This document shows positions 57,901 to 64,000 of a stretch of DNA of 64,000 nt, one piece after another. Within the stretch, counting starts at the first letter, position 1; every line of letters starts with the position of its first letter. Made by a program: the position numbers and the translations under genes. Source of the DNA: Dehalococcoidia bacterium (GTDB lineage: Bacteria; Chloroflexota; Dehalococcoidia; Lucifugimonadales; UBA3495); assembly GCA_963667325.2 (NCBI GenBank), contig CAXXKY010000005.1, positions 260,579 to 324,578 of the forward strand, read 5' to 3'. The notes under the pieces were generated by a model. That model worked only from the letters and a program-made list of their open reading frames with translations, made no database searches and had not been told where the DNA came from.

Positions 57901-60900
57901 CGATAGTGGCGGCCAAGCCCACCATATAGTCGGTGACTTCTGGATCGAACCCGTCGATGTCCTTGGGGGAGACAACCAGCGACATCAGGCGGTCTGTGGG
58001 TTGGTCGTCGTCGTTGATTGAGACGATCGTCTCGTCGTTGACGCCTGGAACAACGCCGTTGGGCAGGGAGCCGAAGCGCAGCTTGACGCTCTCACCATCG
58101 TCGTCAACTTCGTCTTCAACGGCGGTGAAAGAGATCTCCTTCTCGGTCTCTCCGCTCTCAAATTTTACGGTTTCGGGAATGCCCGAGTAGTCCGAGGCGG
58201 ATACTCCGCCCAGCTCGGTCTTGTCCAGTGGTACGGTGACCTCATTAGATATGGCCGAACTCAGAGTGAGCTTGATATCTACGGTATCGCCCTCGCTGGC
58301 CTCGTAGGCCATCCGCTCAAAGCTCACTCCCGTATCGTCGTCGATGATGGAGACCACCGCTTCGGTGTTCGTGCCCCCGGCCACTCCAGCAGGCAGGGTC
58401 CCAAAGGCTAGCTTCACCGACTCGCCGCCGTCCTCCACCGTATCTTCGGTCGCCGTGAAGCTGAAGGTCTCCTCTGTGTCCCCGCTCTCGAAGGTCAGGG
58501 TACCTGGCACGCCGGAGTAGTCGTTGTTGGTGGTGGTGCCCTGGTTGGTTGCGGTAATGGGCAGGACCACCTGCCGTTGGGGATCTGCATTCAGCGTCAC
58601 CGTGATCTCAACCTCGTTCTCGTCCATGTCCGTGGTTGAGGTGTCGTCGGACTCTTCCACCGAGTATGTTGCGCTCCCGAAGGTCACGGTCACCGGTACG
58701 TTGTTGTAGGTGAATATCCTGTTGAACGGCGAACTGACATCATTGATGTTGTTGGCTACCCAGATGGTGTCGGTATTTCCCCAAAGGTTGAAGGCATCAG
58801 AGTTGCGTGAGTGCAGATCAATGTCGTGCCCCGCTACCCGTTTGCCTGAGAGGTCGTAGGCGTAGAGCTTGCGGTCATTGCTATCGGTGACCCAGATGGT
58901 CGTGCCGTCTGACCATACGCCTCCGGGCGCAGAGTTTTCGCTGTCCAGGTCTATATCTTCGCTGGTGTCGCGCGCGCCACCGGAAAGGGTGTAGGCGTAC
59001 AGCTTGGTTCCGAATGAGTCGACGATCCACATGGTGACGCCGTCGGACCAAAGATCCACGGGCAATGTGAAGTCACTGCCGAGGCTTATGTCGCTGCTCG
59101 AATTTCGATCGCCACTGCTGAGCGTGTAGGCGAACAGCGTATTTTCAAGCTGAACCATATCAAGACCGATCACCCAGATGGTGGTCCCGTCGGACCAGAT
59201 TCCAGTTGGGGCCATCACTGCGCTGCCAAGGGCAATGTCCTTACCGTCGTCCCGCGTACCGTCGGCCTGTGAGTATGCGTACAGCGTGGCAGTTGATACA
59301 TCGGAAGTCCAGATAGTTGTGCCATCGGACCAGATGCCCGAGGGGGAGGTGTTGCCTGCAGCGCGCAGCGTGTCGAGGTCATCCCCGGCCTTCCATCCGC
59401 CCTGATCGGCAGTTCCCCGTCCTATGTACACCTTGTAGGTGGTCGGGTCTGTGCTGCCGACCGAGCTCACCACGACTTCGAAGGTGTTGAGCCCGGCGGA
59501 CAAGTCCACGGTGTGGGCTTCGCCGTTGGTGACCGTGTCCCCGTCGATGGTGATGGTGTCGTCGGAGCGGTATGGGGTGGCCGTTATGGTGGCCTGGGTG
59601 ATGCTGGCAGCCACGCCCACCATGTAGCTGGAGACTTCCGAGTCAAAACCATCAATGTCCTTCGGGCTCACGACCAGGGACATCAGGCGGTCGGCTGGAT
59701 CATCGTCGTCGATGATGGAGACGGTCGTCTCGCTGGGGCTGGCTGACGTTATTCCGCTCGGCAGGGTTCCAAACTCCAGCTTCACCGACTCGCCGTCGTC
59801 GTCCACTGTGTCAGCGGTTGCCGAGAACGTGAAAGACTTCTCCGTGTCCGTTGAGCCGAAAGTAACGCTCTCCGGTACTCCGGAATAGTCCGAGCTGCTG
59901 GCGCCGCCCTGTTCGGTCTTGTTGATGGGAATGACCACATCGCTTCCCGGAGCCTGGCTCATTATCAACTTGACCGTGGAGCTCGAGCCCTCACCCACAC
60001 CGTACGCCCCGGCCTCGAACTTAACCGTCGTTGAACCCTGGAAGGCCACATCCAGGATGGAAACAACGGACTCATTGACCGTGCCCTCGGCCACCCCGGT
60101 GGGCAGGTTGTCGGTGTCGAAGGTCAGCTTCACGCTTTCGCCCGCATCCGAGACGCTGTCTGAGGCAGCTGAAACGGTGAACGTCTTTTCAGTATCCCCG
60201 GCGACAAAGACCACGTTGGCTGGGATGCCTGAATAGTCCGAATCCGATGCTCCACCCTGGTTGGTCTTGGCAAGCGGCACGGTCACCTGCTTTTCGGGGT
60301 CATCGCTCAGGGTAATGCTGACTGTTGTATAGTCTCCCTCGGAAACCGAGTAGCTGCCTGCGCCGAAATTCACTGTAACGCTGGAGGGCACGTCGTCGTC
60401 GTTGATGGAGACCACCGTCTCCTTGATCGTCCCCTCGGTTACTTCGTCGGGCAGGTTGTTGAAGGACAGCTTCACTGACTCTCCGTCGTCGTCCACCGTG
60501 TCCGAGGTGGCGGCGAAGGTGAAGGTCTTAGACGTCTCACCGGCGTTGAACACCACGCTGGCCGGCACCCCGGAGTAGTCGTCGCTGGACGCCTCGGTCC
60601 CGTTGACCTCGCCCTGGTCGGTGGTGGTGATCGGAATTGTGACCGTCCGCTCCGGATCCGCCGACAGGGACACCGTGATGACGGCCTCGTTCTCTATCTC
60701 ACCGGTGGTGCTGGCGTTGTCCGTCTCCTCCACGCTGTAGGCGCTGGCACCGAAGGCCACGCTCACGCTGGGAACGTCGTCGTCTGTGATTGACACCACA
60801 GTCTGCTTGATAGTCCCCTCGGTAACCCCCGTGGGGAGGGTCGTTCCGAAGGTGAGCTTGACCGACTCGCCGTCGTCGTCGACCGTGTCGGCCGTGGCGG

Positions 60901-63373
60901 CGAAGGTGAATGTCTTGGAGGTCTCGCCGTTGGCAAAGGAGACGCTGGCCGGCACCCCGGAGTAGTCGTCGCCGTCCGCCCCGTCCTCGCCGGCGGCGGT
61001 GATCGGTATGGCCACCGCCCGCTCCGGGTCCTCGGAGAGGGTCACCTTGACCGCGACCGTGCTGCCCTCGGCTACCGTGTAGCTCTCCTGCTCGAACTCC
61101 ACCCTCACGTCGGTGGGCAGGTCGTCATCGATGATCGAGATCACCGTCTCACTGATCGTCCCCTCGGCAACCCCCGTGGGCCGCGCGCCAAAGCTCAGCT
61201 TCACCGACTCCCCGTCGTCATCGACGCTGTCGGACGTGGCCGCAAAGGTGAAGGTCTGGGAGGTCTCGCCGGCGTCGAACACCACGCTGGCCGGCACCCC
61301 GCTGTAGTCGGCGCTGGAGGCGAAGGCAGCCAGCTCGTCGTCGGTGTATTCCTTCTCCGTATCGGCGTCCGCTTCCTCGCGGCCGTACTTGACGATCGGT
61401 ATGGTCACCGTCCGCTCCGGGTCCGCCGACAGGGAAACTGTGATGACCGCCTCGTTCTCCCTGACCTCGGTCGTGCTGGCGTCGTCCGTCTCATCCACGC
61501 TGTAGGCCACCGACCCGAAGCTGACGCTCACGCTGGGCACGTCGTCATCGGTAATGGACACGGTGGTCTCGCTGGTCGTGCCCTCGGTAATCCCGCTGGG
61601 CAGCGCGCCAAAGGTAAGCTTGACCGACTCGCCATCGTCGTCCACGCTGTCCGACGCGGCTGCGAATGAGAAGGTCTTCGACGTCTCACCGCTAGCGAAC
61701 GCTATGGTGGCCGGCACCCCGCTGTAGTCGGCGCTGGACGCACCGCCCTGGTCGGTCTTGCTGATGGGTATGGTCACCGTCCGCTCAGGATCCTCACTCA
61801 GGGTCACGGTCACCGTTACGCTGCTGCCCTCGGCCACCGTGTAGCTCCCCTGCCCGAACACCACGTCCACGTCCGCAGGCAGGTCATCGTCGTTGATGGA
61901 GACCAGCGCCTCCTTGGGCGAACCTTCCGACACCCGAGCCGGCAACGTCCCGAAGGTCAGCTTGACTTGCTCACCGTCGTCATCATGGGAGTCCTCGCTG
62001 GCGGCAAAGGTGATAGTCTTCTCCGTGTCGTCCGCGGCGAAGTTCAAGGTAACGGGGGCGCCTGAGAAGTCCCCGCTGCCCACCCCGTGCAGGAAGGTGG
62101 CGGAGACCGGGATGGCCACCGCCCTCTCGGGGTTGGCCGAGAGAATGACCTTGATGCTCTCCGAACTCCCCTCATTCACCGAGTAGGTACTGTTCTCGAA
62201 TTTCACCGTCACCGACGGCACGTCGTCGTCAGTGATGGAGACCACCTTTTCGTCGGTCGTGCCCTTGGTAACGCCGGTGGGTAGTGTGCCGAAGGTCAGC
62301 TTCACCGACTCCCCGTCGTCATCCACGCTGTCCGACGCGGCCGAGAATGAGAAGGTCTTCGACGTCTCCCCCGAGTTGAAGGTCACGCTGGCCGGCACCC
62401 CGGAGTAGTCGTCGTCGGATGCCCCGTCCTGTCCGGCGGCGGTGATCGGTATGGTCACCCCACGCTCCGGGTCCTCGGAGAGGGTGACGGTTACCGTTAC
62501 CGTGCTGCCCTCGGCGACGGTGTAGGTCCCCTGCCCGAACTCCACGTCCACGTCGGTGGGCAGGTCATCGTCGTTGATCGAGATGACGGTCTCCTTGATC
62601 GTCCCCTCGGCAACCCTGGTGGGCAGGCTGTTGAAGGACAGCATTACCGACTCCCCGTCGTCGTCCTCAGTGTCCGCCGTGGCCGCGAACGTGAATGTCT
62701 TGGAGGTCTCGCCGCTGTCGAACACCACGCTGGCAGGCACCCCGGAGTAGTCGGCGCTCGACGCCTGGCTCCCATTGACCTCGCCCTGGTCGGTCGTGGT
62801 GATCCCTATGGTCACCGTCCGCTCGGGATCGGCGGACAGGGAGATAGTGACCACCGCCTCGTTTTCCTTGTCCTCGGTCGTGCTGGCGTCGTCCGTCTCG
62901 TCCACGCTGTAGGTCGCCGACCCAAAGCTGACGGTGACCGACGGCACGTCGTCGTCGGTTATGGAGACCACCGTTTCGTCGGTCGTGCCCTTGGTAACGC
63001 CGGTGGGCAGTGTGCCAAAGGTCAGCTTGACCGACTCGCCGTCGTCGTCGATGGTGTCCGCCGTCGCCGAGACGGTATAGGTCTTCTCCGTATCCCCGGC
63101 ATTGAAGGTCACGCTGGTGGACGCCACGGAGTAGTCGTCGCCGTCCGCCCCGTCCTGGCCGGCGGCGGTGATCGGTATGGTCACCGCCCGCTCCGGGTCC
63201 TCGCTCAGGGTCACGGTCACCGTTACGCTGCTGCCCTCGGCGACGGTGTAGCTCTCCTGCCCGAACTCCACGTCCACGTCGGCGGGCGGGTCGTCGTCAT
63301 TGATGGAGACTACCGTCTCCTTGATGGTGCCCTCAGAGACGCCGTCCGGCAGCGTCCCGAACGTAAGCTTCAC
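54893..63373 (-). CDS. giant repetitive surface protein / adhesin: about 15 Calx-beta modules, two cadherin-like plus 5-bladed propeller blocks, PPC-like domains, acidic linker
   Basis: 2,826-aa ORF. The recurring unit is 'V.F....Y.V.EG..V.VTVTLS.DPER.VTIPI.....GA...DYSGVP.SV.F..GET.KTF.F.A..D..DDDGESVKL.FG.LP.GV.EG...E.VVSI.DDD'. Its 'M' is an internal GTG of '..GESVKLTFG'. Confidence 0.9.
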   Translation of the reverse strand: MKLTFGTLPDGVSEGTIKETVVSINDDDPPADVDVEFGQESYTVAEGSSVTVTVTLSEDPERAVTIPITAAGQDGADGDDYSVASTSVTFNAGDTEKTYTVSATADTIDDDGESVKLTFGTLPTGVTKGTTDETVVSITDDDVPSVTVSFGSATYSVDETDDASTTEDKENEAVVTISLSADPERTVTIGITTTDQGEVNGSQASSADYSGVPASVVFDSGETSKTFTFAATADTEDDDGESVMLSFNSLPTRVAEGTIKETVISINDDDLPTDVDVEFGQGTYTVAEGSTVTVTVTLSEDPERGVTIPITAAGQDGASDDDYSGVPASVTFNSGETSKTFSFSAASDSVDDDGESVKLTFGTLPTGVTKGTTDEKVVSITDDDVPSVTVKFENSTYSVNEGSSESIKVILSANPERAVAIPVSATFLHGVGSGDFSGAPVTLNFAADDTEKTITFAASEDSHDDDGEQVKLTFGTLPARVSEGSPKEALVSINDDDLPADVDVVFGQGSYTVAEGSSVTVTVTLSEDPERTVTIPISKTDQGGASSADYSGVPATIAFASGETSKTFSFAAASDSVDDDGESVKLTFGALPSGITEGTTSETTVSITDDDVPSVSVSFGSVAYSVDETDDASTTEVRENEAVITVSLSADPERTVTIPIVKYGREEADADTEKEYTDDELAAFASSADYSGVPASVVFDAGETSQTFTFAATSDSVDDDGESVKLSFGARPTGVAEGTISETVISIIDDDLPTDVRVEFEQESYTVAEGSTVAVKVTLSEDPERAVAIPITAAGEDGADGDDYSGVPASVSFANGETSKTFTFAATADTVDDDGESVKLTFGTTLPTGVTEGTIKQTVVSITDDDVPSVSVAFGASAYSVEETDNASTTGEIENEAVITVSLSADPERTVTIPITTTDQGEVNGTEASSDDYSGVPASVVFNAGETSKTFTFAATSDTVDDDGESVKLSFNNLPDEVTEGTIKETVVSINDDDVPSSVTVNFGAGSYSVSEGDYTTVSITLSDDPEKQVTVPLAKTNQGGASDSDYSGIPANVVFVAGDTEKTFTVSAASDSVSDAGESVKLTFDTDNLPTGVAEGTVNESVVSILDVAFQGSTTVKFEAGAYGVGEGSSSTVKLIMSQAPGSDVVIPINKTEQGGASSSDYSGVPESVTFGSTDTEKSFTFSATADTVDDDGESVKLEFGTLPSGITSASPSETTVSIIDDDDPADRLMSLVVSPKDIDGFDSEVSSYMVGVAASITQATITATPYRSDDTITIDGDTVTNGEAHTVDLSAGLNTFEVVVSSVGSTDPTTYKVYIGRGTADQGGWKAGDDLDTLRAAGNTSPSGIWSDGTTIWTSDVSTATLYAYSQADGTRDDGKDIALGSAVMAPTGIWSDGTTIWVIGLDMVQLENTLFAYTLSSGDRNSSSDISLGSDFTLPVDLWSDGVTMWIVDSFGTKLYAYTLSGGARDTSEDIDLDSENSAPGGVWSDGTTIWVTDSNDRKLYAYDLSGKRVAGHDIDLHSRNSDAFNLWGNTDTIWVANNINDVSSPFNRIFTYNNVPVTVTFGSATYSVEESDDTSTTDMDENEVEITVTLNADPQRQVVLPITATNQGTTTNNDYSGVPGTLTFESGDTEETFSFTATEDTVEDGGESVKLAFGTLPAGVAGGTNTEAVVSIIDDDTGVSFERMAYEASEGDTVDIKLTLSSAISNEVTVPLDKTELGGVSASDYSGIPETVKFESGETEKEISFTAVEDEVDDDGESVKLRFGSLPNGVVPGVNDETIVSINDDDQPTDRLMSLVVSPKDIDGFDPEVTDYMVGLAATIAQATITATPYRSDDTVTINGTEVTNGEAHTVDLSAGLNTFAIVVNSSATEDSTTYTVYIGRGIIDQGGWKAADDLDTLRNAGNTAPAGIWSNGTTMWIADSDSVEAKLYAYTLADGARDSAKDITLHSDNGGPAGIWSDETTTWVADQLNTTVFAYALSDGSRDTSKDFTRSSGNSTAWGIWSDGTTMWVVDWGDDKLYAYILADGSRDSGKDFNLASDNDAPRGIWSNGDGIWVVDETDDKLYAYDLTGTRIAGYDINLHSSNSDAAGIWGDDDTVWVVNSASDDVSPFDRVYSYNNVPVTVSFDQGTYTVTEGNSITVKVVLSADPERTVIVPLSTTEQDGASGDDYSGVPNSLTFNAGDTEKSITFSAATDSDSDDGESVKLTFGTTLPTGVAEGTTEETVVSITDDAPTDPQVSVTVSFESSAYSLMEGSTVTVTVNLSEDPERTVTIPLTTNNGTGASGDDYSGVPEDVVFNSGDTEKSFSFIAEQDSHDEDEEMVTLGFGAMPSGVSVAPPAQAAISIRDSLRVSFGASIYQAHEGGNDAVVVVRLNEVAPVPTTIPIELTLINGVTNDDFDGVPADVVFAAGEQSKSFTMTAIDDDVEDGGEMITLGFGDLPAGVVEGSPSTTTVELMNMENGAASTQCPDDSGRRIILDSRGEITETNISQFWRIRLDPYRVYLIEVFGSNPQADLNGDELPNETRTLPTPMVMSVQMGDRSEMISHRPLGNNIDLVRGSDATGWHQVEVSGMGDTGTYRIRVRVNNVCHVSNNRAHYRYFGGPDGYVLDIPASESTKRVLEPGHVSTGAFLGDNWSWYWDDEPDVDWFKTPELEVDQEYDIVAWSAEEFPSGDQATDLKIVGIYGIEGNLISDTTSTSTGKRVSISFEPASDGTYYIAVGSGSGDRTGVYKVKIEAVEGSGNSTRDQDDSDQDSGSSEEASGSKESKNNDGETKSEDDRESGSNDEEAGSADGKEENSDEPDTPTHRPPASRPSAARPVWARP

Positions 63374-64000
63374 CGACTCGCCGTCGTCATCGTCGGTGTC
63401 CGCCGTGGCCGCAAAAGTGAAGGTCTTCGATTTCTCGCCGCTGTTGAATACGACGTCGTCCGGAACCCGGTGTAGTCCGAATCGGAGGCCCCGCCCTGAT
63501 TGGCTTTCACTATGGGTATGGTCACCGTCCGCTCCGGATCGGCGGAGAGGGTGACGGTGACTACTGTCTCGTAATCGTTCCCCGGAGTGTTGGAATCGTC
63601 GGACTCATCCACGCTGTAGGCGGCGGCCCCAAAGGCCACACTGACCGACGTACCGTCGTCGTCGGTGATGCTCACAATTACATCGGCCGCGGAGAAGCCG
63701 TCGTAGTCCGCGTCGGAGCTCGCAACCGTATGCGTCAGAGTGACGTCATCCTCATCGCTGGTGTCGGCATCGCTCTCCGCCGACACCCTTACCGTCTGGG
63801 CCGTGTCCCAGTCTTGGTCAGTGAAAGTGAGGGTGGTCTTGTCCAGGCTGGCGTCCGTGCTCGCGTGCCCGGCAATGGTCACCGTTACGTCGTTGGCGGG
63901 TAGAGTGTTCAGGACCACCGTATAGGTATCCGACGAGCCCTCCACTATCGTCAACGCGGTCTTCGAGATCTTTACCCCGGGGTCGGGGTCGGTCACAGTC
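63370..64000 (-). CDS. upstream segment of the same giant surface protein (open to the window edge)
   Basis: It ends in a frameshifted Calx-beta unit: '...GGASDSDYTG|FRTTSYST...'. Restoring one G in the run at 63466-63468 gives DYTGVPDDVVFNSGEKSKTFTFAATADTDDDDGESVKLTFG, continuous with the 2,826-aa ORF. Confidence 0.8.
   Translation of the reverse strand, partial: TVTDPDPGVKISKTALTIVEGSSDTYTVVLNTLPANDVTVTIAGHASTDASLDKTTLTFTDQDWDTAQTVRVSAESDADTSDEDDVTLTHTVASSDADYDGFSAADVIVSITDDDGTSVSVAFGAAAYSVDESDDSNTPGNDYETVVTVTLSADPERTVTIPIVKANQGGASDSDYTGFRTTSYSTAARNRRPSLLRPRRTPTMTTASR

Overview
64-kb window from a moderately high-GC bacterium; the lineage cannot be fixed from the sequence alone. It falls into four parts.

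(1) 1-18.3 kb is ordinary chromosomal backbone. It carries a tandem-USP gene, a heterodimeric ABC exporter, argS, mgtE, hisIE, hisF, hisS, panE, a CoA-transferase and a gamma-carbonic-anhydrase-like gene.

(2) 18.3-28 kb holds two diverged, inverted IS1380 copies, each with its own 5-bp target duplication. They bracket a DedA-like gene, a hydrolase, a dnaJ-hspR-clpC-like heat-shock operon and tRNA-Asn. The second copy splits a decayed tyrosine integrase.

(3) 28.6-53.1 kb is an accessory/defence island. In order it contains:
- a 3' fragment of tRNA-Ile and a second integrase
- a DNPH1/Rcl-like dNMP N-glycosidase
- a type I R-M system, with hsdS-hsdM translationally chained to an RHH-Doc toxin-antitoxin pair and an orphan HicB-like gene
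- an IS5-family element with an internal in-frame deletion
- a transglutaminase-like gene
- a stand-alone DnaQ-like exonuclease divergent from cas3
- a complete type I-E CRISPR-Cas locus (cas3, cas8e, cse2, cas7, cas5, cas6, cas1, cas2) with a 20-repeat array
- a second, full-length IS5 copy that abuts the array end

(4) 53.1-64 kb holds adhesin gene debris and a giant Calx-beta / propeller surface protein. That protein is over 3,200 aa, lies on the minus strand and runs off the window.

Most noteworthy observations:
- a repeat-like mini-array in the cas6e-cas1 gap
- the DNPH1-like gene in a defence context
- the TA-chained R-M operon
- PAM-derived polymorphism at repeat position 29
- an IS-mediated rearrangement at the distal end of the array

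Several genes are broken by 1-nt frameshifts, mostly in short G/C runs or a short AC-rich repeat. This may be assembly error rather than biology. All similarity statements are from reading the translations; nothing was searched or computed.
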